DNA from: Curvularia clavata
Lineage: Eukaryota
Assembly: GCA_023920165.1 (NCBI GenBank)
Contig: CP089275.1
Span: forward strand, 4,464,001 to 4,528,000
DNA length: 64,000 nucleotides
Direction of reading: 5' to 3'
Below are positions 21,328 through 33,000 of this stretch, piece by piece. The translations under genes were made by a program, and so were the position numbers. Below the pieces are notes generated by a model. That model was not told where the DNA came from, did no database searches, and was given only the letters and a program-made list of their open reading frames with translations. Each line of letters starts with the position of its first letter. The first letter of the stretch is position 1.

Positions 21328-23412
21328 TCACGCTTGCCCATGCTTCTGCGCGTACCTTCGCATGACGTCCTCAACCACCTTTTTGACCTCTGCCGCATTC
21401 AACTTTTCCTTCCGGTCCGGCGTATACACGCCATTGACTTCTTGCTCAATATCTGTAAGCTGTGTATATACGAACCCGCAGCAATGGCCTCCATCGACAA
21501 TCCCCGCCATCATCTTCTCAATGCGCTTGAGCAAGTCCTTGGGGTCCGAGGCAGTCGTGTAGCCCCAGTCCCTATTCTTATCTTCTTCCTTTTCCTCTCC
21601 ACCAGCCTTAGCAGCAGCTGAGCGCGCAATGTTCACGCCACCAAACTCTGTGCAAATGACCGGCGCGCCAGGAGTATGCTTTGACCCTGGATCTGCGGGG
21701 CTCTCAATCGGCGCCAGGAATGTAGGTCTATTCGAGGATTTCTTCAAAATAGCATCTAGCGACGCACATGTTGTTGTCAGTTCCTCTGAATCAGCGTAGT
21801 CGTGGAATGTAGTCAGATCGGTAATGACATGTTCCCAGCCACAATTGTCATTGATGGGTCTCGTTGGATCGAGTACTTTGGTGGCATGGTACAAGCTGCG
21901 GATGTGGTCTCTCTGCTGCTTATTAGTGTGCAAGTCAGTGTACGCCCAAGACTCGTTTACGGGCGTCCATGTGACGACGCAAGGGTGGTTGCGATCTCGA
22001 AGGACGGCTTCGCGCCATTCTTGGTCCATTCGCTCCACGTAGGCCTCGGAGAAGGCGTAGGCGTTTGCCATTTCGCCCCATACGAGGAAGCCGAGACGAT
22101 CAGCCCAGTAGTGGAAGACTGGGTCTTCGACTTTTTGGTGTTTGCGGCAGCCGTTGAAGCCCATTTTCTTGCTTAGCTCGATGTCGTGTTTCAGCGCTTC
22201 CGGCGAAGGCGGTGTCATGAAGGTGTCGGGCCAGTAGCCTTGGTCGAGGAAGAGGGCTTGGAAGTATGGGCGGTTGTTGATGCGGAAAGTGGAGTCACCC
22301 CAGCTAATCGAACGCATGCCAGTTGTTGTGTGAATGGTATCGACAGGGCTATTGGATGAGGAGTTGTAGAGGCGGATGGTTAGATCGTAGAGTGTTGGAT
22401 AGTCAGGAGACCACAAAGCGACATTGTTGAGCCAAGCTTTAGGGTCCGCAGTTGGAACAGCCGAAGTGAAGTTTGATGGTAGTTGAGATAATTGAGAATC
22501 GGCGAGACGCATGTTCGTCTTCAGAACGACAGTGTCTGAGTCTCGAGGCAGTGCAGCGTTTTGGGTCTTGCTGACTAGAACCCCGCCTAGGCTGGCTTCG
22601 AGCTCCACGCTGTAGTCATGACCAGCAGGTCGCCCGAGAACCCTAATGCTCGCTTCTAGATTTCCTCCTTCGATATCGTTGCTCCTGATTAGTGTGCCTG
22701 CACTTGCATCTCCAAGTCTGACAGCAGGCACCGACTCCAACCATACGCTTTGCCAAATACCTCCACTGGGCGTATAGAATATACTTTCAGGCTGAGCTTT
22801 CCAATATTGCTTGCCACGTGGCTGAGTCAAGTCATGAGCGGAATCGAAAACGCGCACCGTTAGCCTTTGCGTCTTTCCCTGTGCAAAAGCATCCGTGATG
22901 TCAACATCGAACGGTACGTGTCCGCCACGATGCCCGCCGAAGAAGCTGCCACCGACCCAGATTTTGGCTTCATAATCAACAGCTCCGAATCGCAAGAGGA
23001 CACGATCTCCGGACGTCTTCCCTTGCTCATGTCTCGGGTCCTCGATCATCCTTTCGTACCACAGCACTTCGTGTACGCCCTTCTCATTAATTCCCGAAGC
23101 TGGACACTGAAATACATATGGCACTTGAATATCTCTTTTCTTGTGAACTGTATGCTCATTTTTGAACTGATTGCCTTGCAACAGCTCTTGGGTACCAGCT
23201 GCAATCTTGGCAGTGATACTGTGCGCTTCGATGTTTTCGGCACTATTAGTGTTGGTGGGGTTCACGGTGATTTTGTCTGGGAGTTGGGTCAAATGCCATC
23301 CTTGACTTAAGCCGACGTCGTTGTCGTCGAAGAGGAATGACCATGGACCGTTTAGGGATTGCCATGACAGACTCTCGCGGAGGAAGTCTGGTCGGGGGTA
23401 TGCGGATGACAT
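21328..23412 (-). CDS. Glycoside hydrolase family 2 (beta-galactosidase/glucuronidase-like), intracellular, intronless, 694 aa
   Basis: MSSAYPRPDF...WQSLNGPW, LRFGAVDY, GIWQSVWLE, LDQGYWP, GFNGCRKHQK, acid/base PVNESW, nucleophile ICTEFGG, YTQLTDIEQEVNG. No signal peptide. Confidence 0.93.
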   Translation of the reverse strand: MSSAYPRPDFLRESLSWQSLNGPWSFLFDDNDVGLSQGWHLTQLPDKITVNPTNTNSAENIEAHSITAKIAAGTQELLQGNQFKNEHTVHKKRDIQVPYVFQCPASGINEKGVHEVLWYERMIEDPRHEQGKTSGDRVLLRFGAVDYEAKIWVGGSFFGGHRGGHVPFDVDITDAFAQGKTQRLTVRVFDSAHDLTQPRGKQYWKAQPESIFYTPSGGIWQSVWLESVPAVRLGDASAGTLIRSNDIEGGNLEASIRVLGRPAGHDYSVELEASLGGVLVSKTQNAALPRDSDTVVLKTNMRLADSQLSQLPSNFTSAVPTADPKAWLNNVALWSPDYPTLYDLTIRLYNSSSNSPVDTIHTTTGMRSISWGDSTFRINNRPYFQALFLDQGYWPDTFMTPPSPEALKHDIELSKKMGFNGCRKHQKVEDPVFHYWADRLGFLVWGEMANAYAFSEAYVERMDQEWREAVLRDRNHPCVVTWTPVNESWAYTDLHTNKQQRDHIRSLYHATKVLDPTRPINDNCGWEHVITDLTTFHDYADSEELTTTCASLDAILKKSSNRPTFLAPIESPADPGSKHTPGAPVICTEFGGVNIARSAAAKAGGEEKEEDKNRDWGYTTASDPKDLLKRIEKMMAGIVDGGHCCGFVYTQLTDIEQEVNGVYTPDRKEKLNAAEVKKVVEDVMRRYAQKHGQA

Positions 23413-23886
23413 TCTGACGTTGTAATGGAGGTTCGGATGAGATTTCGCAGGATGAAGGATTATATTCAAATGAAAACGTTTATAAGGGTTGCCATGCACG
23501 TGAGATTCCACGCAATCTGGTGGAGAGGTGGGGAGAATACACTGGGTCCATGTATGTACCAGTCTAATTTGGGAATAGAACGGATTGGTACATATACCAT
23601 CCCCGCTCGTGATCTCCTGCATCCTTTGTGTGGCTTTTTTTGTCGCATACTACCGGTAGACAAAATTGTGTATTGGTGAAATTAGTTGCTATCTTTCCTA
23701 AAAACATAATCTCGCAGTATCATGGCTAATAGTAATTATTGCTATAGAAGTAAGTCCACCAAATCCGAATATTCCATGATAATACACGGAACGTATTGGG
23801 TATCGTATTGTAGAATAACTCGCCGAAGCATTATGTCATGCGGCAAATAAAGGCACATAAACCACTAAATGTTCATAGTCGCGATA

Positions 23887-25591
23887 TTAGTCCAAAGGCC
23901 AGTACTCATGGATTCCCTTCTCATTCTTCCACCGCATGAAGAAACAGCAGAAGGGGAAGAAGAGAGTGTTCACTGCTCCCCATGCAATAAGGATACCAAA
24001 GTCCAGACCAAGGCGAGAATGTAGATCGAACAGAATTGAGCGGCTTGCTTCGACAACTGCGATCCACATTAGCGCCTCAAATCATTATAGCAGAACAGGA
24101 AGGTAAGTATAGAGGGTATACCAAAGACTTACTGGAATGCAATGGCCACGCATAGCCCCACCTATAAAATGCGGGCGCGATTTCAATGTCGTAAAAGGCA
24201 GTTGAGACGTTCGTAATGACCCAGAAGATGAGAAACAAGCCCATCCAAGGCATGCCTACTATCATCGCAACGTTCTCACACGCTAAACCCAGCGCAATCA
24301 TGCCACAAAAATTGAGCATCCAATATACCATGAATGTCGCATGCCCGAAAGCTACTGGGTTACCCTCGCTTTCGATGGTAGCCTGAGTATGGCTAGTTAT
24401 CGAATTGGTATGCGAGAAATTGATTTGGAAAGCCAAACTGATGAGTGAGTAGGCGAGGGAGAGCATAAAGTAGGCAGAGATGGTAGCGCACCAACGCCAA
24501 ACAATCAACTGGGGAAATTTCAGTGGTGGGTGGTTGGTTGGCGTTACATATTGCATGTGAATGGGCATGTAAAAAGAGAAGCTGAAGAAGGATATGATGA
24601 TGAGATCTGTCATGGTCTTGTTAAATTTTCACATTACATGTGATTTTGGGATGCTTACAGATGAGGCCAATAGAAACAGCAGGAATGCTTGTGTAAGGAA
24701 AAAAGGGCCGGAGGTTGTATTCGGAAAATCCAATGGCGGGGTTGATTGCTTGTGGTACTTTTTGCATATTCGATAGAATGGATGGATCACTTGCGTTTTG
24801 AAGTACCATCTGCGCCCACTGCTTGCCGACCATGCTCTGCGCTTCCGTCATGAATGCGCTGATAATTGGCAGCATGAAATCATACCAGTTCGTGTCGTCC
24901 CTTGCATCCTGATAGATTAATTGGCAGGCTCCAAGAGGTTCATAGGATGAGTTCCCGTTCGCAATCGCAGAATACAGCAAAGCACTGGCATTTGGATTTA
25001 TGACAATGGCAGCCCTGTACTTTTGTCAGCATCTAGAAAATACCACGGCTCAAAAAGCTCAGCCGCTTACCAAGCGTCCCAATTGTACACTGCCTCACGA
25101 ACAAGCATGGGATCGTTATGGAACTCTGACGCTGGACGGATACCCCATCCTAACGTTGGCTGCCCGCTGCCCAGTTGCTGTTGTACAAGTTTTGTGATGG
25201 CTGTTCCAACAAATGGTCTGTTTCCGGTATTGTCGTATGGCGCCACACCATCCATGTCTACCACGTAGACCAACAAATGGCCGAGCCTGTCTTCTACTTG
25301 GAAGAAAACACCCCAGTATATCGACAACACGGCCAGGATGAATCCCATGAGAAAAGCGGTTGTGATGATCCATTTCACAAAGGCGCGGTTGCGGACTTGG
25401 CGGAGATCTGGATGCCAGAAGCCTACTGGTTCTTTGTTGGGTTGTTGAGACTTCTTTCCCTCTCCATGTCCATTTTCGACTTCATTAGGAGCGCTTTTTC
25501 CACGTCTGGTTTCGGGGTGACCGTTTGTACCCTCTTCTTTGTTTATTTGCGCCGGAGAGCGGAGTGCACGTGGTAATCGCATTCGTGACAT
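23887..25591 (-). CDS. SNG1: SNG1/DUF3533 family multi-pass membrane protein (nitrosoguanidine resistance), ~506 aa
   Basis: Exons 25591-25071, 25014-24659, 24606-24133, 24056-23887. LSIYWG, VYVVDMDG, IGLIYLIIISFF, FWVITNVST, FYRWGYAWPLH. Confidence 0.88.
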
Positions 25592-26278
25592 GGTAAAGAA
25601 ATGGTGAAGGTAGCGATCAACGAATCCCGTAGGCTTCTCGCGCAAGCCAGTAATTACCACAAGATGCCAAGAACAGAAAAAGCTTATTATCACTTGGAAA
25701 GTGCATGGCGATGGCTATTGCTTTTATGATGGACATTCGATAGAGTAATTGGTCCTCGATGATTGAAGATATCTATGACGTAGGAACATATTTTGGATCG
25801 TTGTTTTTGATGACGTTCTGTACCTGCCTGATCCTAGTTTCACGCTTACATCAGTAGTTAACGCAATTGAGGCTAGCTCCGGGTTACGATTAATTGACAT
25901 TTTTTCTATTGACTAGAATCTAACTTACTGGGAAACTATTAAACGTGCTCAAATCGTCATTTCTCCTTCCGCTGTGCAGTTTCAGTTGCATGCACTCATC
26001 ATTTGTGGAGTCTCTCAAAGCAGACTTGCCGGGCCCAAAGTCCTCAATCTAGAAGCCGTGCATATATTCCTCCTACAGTTTCGAATAACAAAGGAAATAA
26101 AGAAGGGTATCGGGCTCATCACAGGGGGTATAGGGTATATTGCGAAACAAAACGCCACGCCTTCCAGGTTGCGTTCCATCATCCATAATTAGTTGCGCGT
26201 TCGTTTCGTCTGTTCGTATATTTTTTCGTCATTCTTCTTATTGGTGAGTAGTGGGGGGTAGCGTATCGTATTCGTCAT

Positions 26279-27540
26279 TCATAGATCAGGGTCTTCTTCG
26301 GACAAGACTTCTGGTTCTGAGAGACATTCACGCAACTGCATCATCCGGTTCCTGCAGTGGAGGATAAAGATGGCGATGGAGAGCGCGTTCCAAACATCAT
26401 AGCCCTCCTTGCCATAATCGTACATTGCAATGAGTCGAAGGTGCGGCTGCTCCCCCTCTTTCGTTGGGGGAGCGTAGCTAACGAACGCGACAACGGTATG
26501 TGAGGCAGTAATCCCGTACAAAGTGGGAACTTCTGCTACGATGGTTTCTTTGTGTCTCTCGGTCTCGTCGATCTGTAAGGCGTCGTGCCATAGTTCGTGT
26601 AAGCGACCGAGCTTTTCAATCATTTTCTCTTCGCTAACGCTTGGGTGTACAAGTCGAGAGAAAGTGGTTGTATGAAATAATGGTAGTTGAGACCAGAGAC
26701 GGCCGACTTTTCCATCTTTCATAGCCCACTTCATGTACGCTTTTACTGCTTTGCCGATGTGAAACTCTGGGGTGCGCTTTGCGCGGGTATGCCAGGCGTC
26801 CCGCACCACGCCTCCCAGATCAAAAAGCCTGCTTAGGGCGTTTTGCGCTTTTTCATGTTAGTGAATCAATCACCTTGACGAAGACAAGAAGGCTTACCAC
26901 TATGATCTGTGCCAAAAGCAGGTTTTATAAAAGCTTTGTCAAGTTTCTCCGTGAAAAGTCCTCCAGGAAGCGTCTCGAAGTCGCAGATCCAGTCTGCAGG
27001 AAGTAAAGGCTCAAGCCCGCGCATTCCCAGCTTCTGGAAGAGAAAAACTGCATCTTCAGACCAACCAGCAGCGCGCAACTGACGACCCTGTTGATCTCTT
27101 CTTCTACGTTCCTCTTCAATGTTGATAAGCTTCTGTTGGTCCATGTATGTTCCGTCATCCACTACCATGGTTTCCTCGTTCGCATCCCACTCATCTTCAG
27201 AAGACCCATCCATCTTCTGCTCGGGCGCAAGGGGTGACAAAGACACCAGCGTATCGCCTTCGAGATCATCCGAGAGCATGGCCGAGGCCGGCGGAGAAGG
27301 AGGCAGAAGTGTCGCATCGATGGCATATTGAGGACCCAGTGTTTGTGCGCCCCGGGTCTCGACTCGCGCTTTCGGGCTTTTCTTTGTCGTTACTGGTTTG
27401 ACTGCCTCTTGGCGAGTGTTTGTGATTCGAGGAGGTACTGCGGGTGTTTTGAAGGCAAAGGGCTTGTCTCGTCGTTGCTGGGTCTTGCGCGGACTTATAT
27501 AGTTCCAGAAACGATCGGTGACACTGCGAAAGAACGCCAT
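26279..27540 (-). CDS. Hypothetical protein, ~403 aa
   Basis: Exons 27540-26898 and 26847-26279 join in frame. Globular-looking segments LFQKLGMRGLEPLLPADW, YMKWAMKDG, PTLYG, DVWNALSIAI. Confidence 0.8.
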
Positions 27541-27648
27541 AATGATGATGGAAAGACAACGCTTTTGACGTGCACGTGTGAACGGGCAATAGGGTGAGAA
27601 GAGATGTGGGGTCGATGGGTTGAGTCAGTTGTTATAGGCGCGTGTTGC

Positions 27649-27696
27649 GGTGAAGGTAAAGGTGAAAGTGAAGGTAATGGTGAAGGTGAAGATGAA
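27649..27696 (+). repeat. Degenerate hexanucleotide repeat (GGTGAA)8
   Basis: ggtgaa ggtaaa ggtgaa agtgaa ggtaat ggtgaa ggtgaa gatgaa, in the divergent promoter between the hypothetical gene and DOHH. Confidence 0.85.
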
Positions 27697-28062
27697 ACGG
27701 ACAGGCAGGATGCAAGTGATATCTTTGTTTCCTCGCTACCCTGTGAATGTCCTTTCACCATGGCCTGTCAAAGACGCTGAAAGTGAGGGCAAAGAGTCAT
27801 TGTGAAAACAGGGCTGGGAGGCTGGCTGTGTCCCGCATAATGCAGGAACAAGGACTCGCTGCCACGCTGTCACATGCGGACTAACCTAAATAGGCTACCC
27901 CTGGTCTTAGTACGCAGGTGCGGTGAAGATCTTATCTGATGAACTTGGAACCCCACCAAATCTCTAGACCCCCACCAAAAAAGAGTTGAGCCGCGCCTGG
28001 AGGCGATCATCATCTGCTCTTTTCTTCTGCCACTCAACACCCCTTTAAAAAAGACAAACAAA

Positions 28063-29097
28063 ATGGCCGTTGCCGAGCAAGACACACAGGTCGTGACCCT
28101 ACGCAAGATCCTCACATCAGAATCGGAGCCACTTGCCCGACGATTCCGTGCTCTTTTCTCTTTGAAATATCTCGCAGGCCTCAACCCGCCGACCGAACAA
28201 ACAATCCCCGCAATCGAAGCCATCGGCGCCGCCTTTTCCTCGCCGTCTGCCCTTTTGAAGCATGAACTTGCTTACTGTCTGGGACAGTCTGGCCATGATG
28301 CGGCTATTGCGCCACTGAGGGCCGTGTTGCAGGACAAGGAAGAAGATTCCATGTGTAGACACGAGGCTGCGGAGGCACTTGGTGCACTAAGCGACAAGGG
28401 CAGTCTAGACCTATTGAAACAGTTGAGAGATGATGTCCAGGAGGTCGATGTTGTGCGGGAGACTTGCGACATTGCTGTCGATCGCATCGAGTGGGATCAT
28501 GGGCTGCAGAAGGGACAAGAGAAGCTGAAGAAGAGGTATGTCTGCAAAACCTTCCATATGCCTGTTTATTTGCTAACAATGCCAAGTGACTTCACATCAA
28601 TCGACCCTGCACCACCACTACCACAGAGCACCGAGCAACCGTCCATACCCGAACTCGAAAAGACACTACTCGACACATCCTTGCCCTTGTTCCAGCGTTA
28701 TCGAGCCATGTTTGCTCTGCGTGACCTGTCCTCGCCACCCGATCTCCCAACTGCTGTCCCAGCTGTGCAAGCGCTTGCCCGCGGTTTCAACGACCCATCC
28801 GCTCTCTTCCGTCACGAGATCGCATTCGTTTTCGGTCAGCTATCGCATCCTGCATCCATCCCCAGTTTGACAGCTGCGCTAAGTAACACAAAGGAAGCTA
28901 GCATGGTTCGCCATGAGGCGGCAGAGGCGCTGGGTAGCTTGGGCGATGAAGAGGGTGTCGAGGAGACTTTGCGCAAATTCTTGAATGATCCAGAACAGGT
29001 AGTACGAGACAGTGTGGTTGTGGCGCTTGATATGGCAGAGTTCGAGAAGAACGGGGAAATGGAGTACGCAATCGTGCCGCAGGTAGCCGCGGCCTAA
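28063..29097 (+). CDS. LIA1: Deoxyhypusine hydroxylase (eIF5A hypusination), ~327 aa
   Basis: Exons 28063-28535 and 28587-29097. Four HEAT-repeat HE motifs: LKHELAY, CRHEAAEALG, FRHEIAF, VRHEAAEALG. Confidence 0.96.
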   Translation: MAVAEQDTQVVTLRKILTSESEPLARRFRALFSLKYLAGLNPPTEQTIPAIEAIGAAFSSPSALLKHELAYCLGQSGHDAAIAPLRAVLQDKEEDSMCRHEAAEALGALSDKGSLDLLKQLRDDVQEVDVVRETCDIAVDRIEWDHGLQKGQEKLKKRYVCKTFHMPVYLLTMPSDFTSIDPAPPLPQSTEQPSIPELEKTLLDTSLPLFQRYRAMFALRDLSSPPDLPTAVPAVQALARGFNDPSALFRHEIAFVFGQLSHPASIPSLTAALSNTKEASMVRHEAAEALGSLGDEEGVEETLRKFLNDPEQVVRDSVVVALDMAEFEKNGEMEYAIVPQVAAA

Positions 29098-29175
29098 AAT
29101 GTAGGCCATATTGCATGCGCATGGCGTTCGGGGTACATGGAATTCAACAAGTACAATGTACGTGTACAGGCCATT

Positions 29176-29659
29176 TCAGTTATTCGTGTTCCACCTGTAA
29201 GATAGCAATCAGTATGAGTTCTAAATTGGAAGTGATCGTGTCAACATACTTGTGACCACAGTCGCACTCGTAGAATACTGTGGTTCCTTCGTCTGCACTT
29301 CGTAACTGTTGAGTGTAGTATCGCACTTGCTCTCTTCCGCACTTCTCGCATGGGTGGTTGATTACGCTGGTGGTCTGCACATCCTCCTCTGAAAAGGTCT
29401 GCACCTGGGATCTCTTTGCGCGCAAGGAAGACGGGAAGGCGGTAGGCTTGGAGACTGTGACCACAGTCTTCGAAGATGTGTCTTTGTTATGAGCACCGCA
29501 GATACCACATGTTAAGACTATATTCTGTTGCTGCTTCCCTGCGGAGCCGTCCAACAGGTTACCGCAGTCAGTGCAGAAGACGAGCGATCCTGTTTGCTCA
29601 GTCAGCAAATGGCTCCTATTCGATCCTGGACGTGGGAGGTGCTAACCAATAGCTGACAT
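29176..29659 (-). CDS. RPA12: RNA polymerase I subunit A12.2, ~123 aa
   Basis: Exons 29659-29647, 29589-29250, 29194-29176. [18 protein letters not shown]-terminal zinc ribbon [25 protein letters not shown]. Confidence 0.95.
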
Positions 29660-30020
29660 GATGAGTGGGTTGTTATCGTAAAATCAATGATGGGCGTAGA
29701 GAAAAAAGTTACAGGGAATCACGACTTCCGCGGCTGCGACTGGCTAGTCCGCAAGCGGTAGGCGGTCTGAACGCGTCCGACTGTCACCACCATTCGATCA
29801 TAGGCACAACGCAAAGCCGCCACAGCGAAGCAGACACCAGGGCGCATCGTTTGCGTGAATAATCAGAGGAGGGAACGAGTGTCATCTTGCCAGACAATGC
29901 GCGCCGAAACGATGAGATAACGATCGCTCAAACTCTACCCACAACGTACACTTACACTGTCGGCGCCTCCACCACGCTTGTCCACTCCTTGGACTGTTCA
30001 ACTTCCTAAGCGCGAGCGCA

Positions 30021-33000
30021 ATGAACGGAGATTGGCATAATGTCAATGGCGGCGGACTCCCGTTCCGGAGGCCTCCTCCCACTGTCGACGACGCCCTTCC
30101 GTATTCGCCATTTACTTCGATTATCCCCTTCTCGCCAGGTGAGTGACTGCCTCACCTGCGCATCTTAGTTGCGCCAGGCTCTCTCACCTTCCGCGGCAGA
30201 CGACTAACAAACGAATAGACGTAATACCTTTCCCTACTTCCGAGCCTCCTACTCCACCCACTACCTTGACTACGGAACAACAAAAGGCAGCAAAGAAAGC
30301 CGTGGGTATCCTGAACGACGAAATCGAAGGCCAGTCCACCGCGCAACACCTACACGACACGCTGAAGCAGCTCCGCAATCTTCTTCATCGTGATAAGTTG
30401 CCAGAGTAGTAGGTTTACTCGGGGTTCGATCGTGAAGCAATTCCTAACAATCATAGCCATTTTAAGTCCATGCCGCAACTAGCGACACCTCCGCCAGACA
30501 GTCCTGTAAAAGGCACAAATGGAGACTCTTCTGGATTTACACCGGCGCTTAGCCCGTTCGCGCGTATGCTGTTGAAACAGACGGATGTTGCATTTACGAG
30601 TAGGTCTACCTTGTTACTGGGTTATATTCGTACTGACATGGTCAGCACCGGACGTTGGAGCACCTGAACAACCGCGAAAAGAACGATCCACTCCCCAACA
30701 GCCTACTGCTTCACAGCAAGCCCGTGTAGCACCTCAACCTCTTGCCTCCGATCGAAACGCAGACCTACCATACCCGCCCAGCGTTATTTCATCCACACCA
30801 AGTAACACGCCTATTCACCCTCCTGGACCAGCTGTAATCATAAAACCAAAAGCTGTTTCACGCGAAGAATTTAGGTATATCGGTAAAATCGAGACACCAG
30901 AACGTTTATCACAAAAGCAGGAGAACAGCGGAGCTGAGGGTGGAGCGGCTGTGCTAAGACCTCACGAACGAGAGATCGCGGATGGAAAGATTGAACTACT
31001 GGATACTCTTGTCACCAGCTTAACAGAAGACAAAGATGATCTTGATGGTTCGCAGCATTTCATCAAGATAACGACACCTGATGGCGAACTCAACGTGCTT
31101 AAGCCGCGATCGATGGAAAACCTCTCAGAAAAGATGTCGGGCGTGGTAAGCTTAGGGCGCTTTGATGCACTTCCTGTGGAGCTGGTCATGCAAATACAAT
31201 CACTCCTTCACCCAACAGTCTTATCAACAACGAAGAATGGACTTTTCTCACAAGATGAGACTGGGATGGAGCTCACTGAAAGTATCGCAACTGCTAAGCA
31301 TGCACTCAAATCCTCAAAACTTCTTCTGGAAACGATGATAGAAGGCCGCGATGATTATCGCATGCGACGAGAAGACATTGTCGATACCATCATTGATCTC
31401 ATAAAGCTCGTCAAGGACGCATGCATCATTCCTATTGTTCAAGCGCGGCGATCGGGCGAGTCTCAGGATCTCTTCAATTCCGTTTCAGCTAACAGGCAGG
31501 ACCTACAAGTAGTCTTGCGACACTGTGGAGCCGTCCTTGCTCGATTTGCAACGGTTATAGGCAAATACAATCTGTCTGATCGGGCGCTCAACACGTTGGA
31601 GTACTTGACACTCGAGCTTCTAGTAGAGCAGAACAGCGAACATGAAAAGGATTCTCTCTTCAGCATCAGGAAATTCGAGCACTTCCGCCAAAAGGCGATG
31701 GATGTGCTTGCTCAGATTTTTGCCCGATACCCGGATCAGCGTACATCAATCCTCGGCGGAATTTTCAGCAACTTGGAAAAGCTTCCCGACAAGAAAGCGA
31801 GTGCTAGGCAATTCGTATCTGCTCGAGAAGTGCCCATCATGACAATTTCCGCATTATTCATGCGTTTCGTTCAGGTTGTTGCAACAAACCCTGATCCACG
31901 TACAACCTCGTCGGCCAGCAGTGAGATCAAGGATATCATGGTAGAGGACGACGCTAGCGATTACGAGCCCGGTACATCTCCAAAGCCTTCGAGAAAAGTG
32001 AACAAGAGTAGGGGTAGCCCAACGTTCATCGCGCAAAACCTGACCACTACTGCGACAAACACTGCGTCTTTCATTGCAACCCAGCTTTGTGAGCGTGCAT
32101 CAAACACCTCAAAGTCTGGTGACAAACCATTTCGCAATCTCCTCGATCTCTTCATCGACGATTTCTGCAACGTGCTCGGGTCTCCTCAGTGGCCGGCTGC
32201 TGTGATGCTTCTACAGGTACTTTTAGTGCGCATGAGAACTATACTTCAAGATGACCAAGCCAACAAGCACTCGGTGGTTGACAAAGATATGGCCCTTACG
32301 ACAATGGCAAGGATAGGCTGTGGTGTTATCGACTTCAAGGACCAGCTCAAAAAGATCAAGCAAAGGCTCGACATCTCGCAGTCGGACTTGTCTTCAAAAC
32401 TAGATCGACTCGTGAATGAAGCCATGAGTGAGGACCACAAAGAGGGTGTCAACAGAGTGGATTTGCTTGCCTTTGACGGTCCCTACCGCATGGTCATTGA
32501 GTCTTTGGTTGAGTATCTTGACCTTCGACCATCTCAAGAAGACCCACACCTCCAAGCAACAACTGGCTGTTATATTAGCTCATGGCTTACGGCTGTTACG
32601 AAGGCATACCCTGAACCAAATGAGGACAATCGGCCACAATCCATCAGGGAAGTTCAGCAATGCTTAGAGAGTATGATCATGGATCCTAAATGGCTGACTC
32701 GAAAATAGTAAGTATCATGATTCTTGAAATCGTGCCACAACTAACTTGAAATGACAGTAAGTTCCAATCAGTCTCAGACGACCAAAGCAAGCTGGCCGCT
32801 GGTGTGATCACTCTTCAAAGCCAAGTGTGCAGATATCTCTCCCAGATAGTCAACTTTATGCAACTATACGCTCAGGACAAAATTTCTCCAAAACTCCGGT
32901 CACGAGGAACTGCGGCATTGCAACAGCTATTAGACAAGGACCCCAAGGTCATTTCCGAAGGCCATGTCATCAACATGATACCTTCACTACGGGACAGCTC

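Noticed and set aside
23413..23622. 70-aa N-terminal extension of GH2 in the ORF track
   Set aside because: Family similarity starts at MSSAYPRPDF (ATG 23412, good context); the extension has no signal-peptide character.
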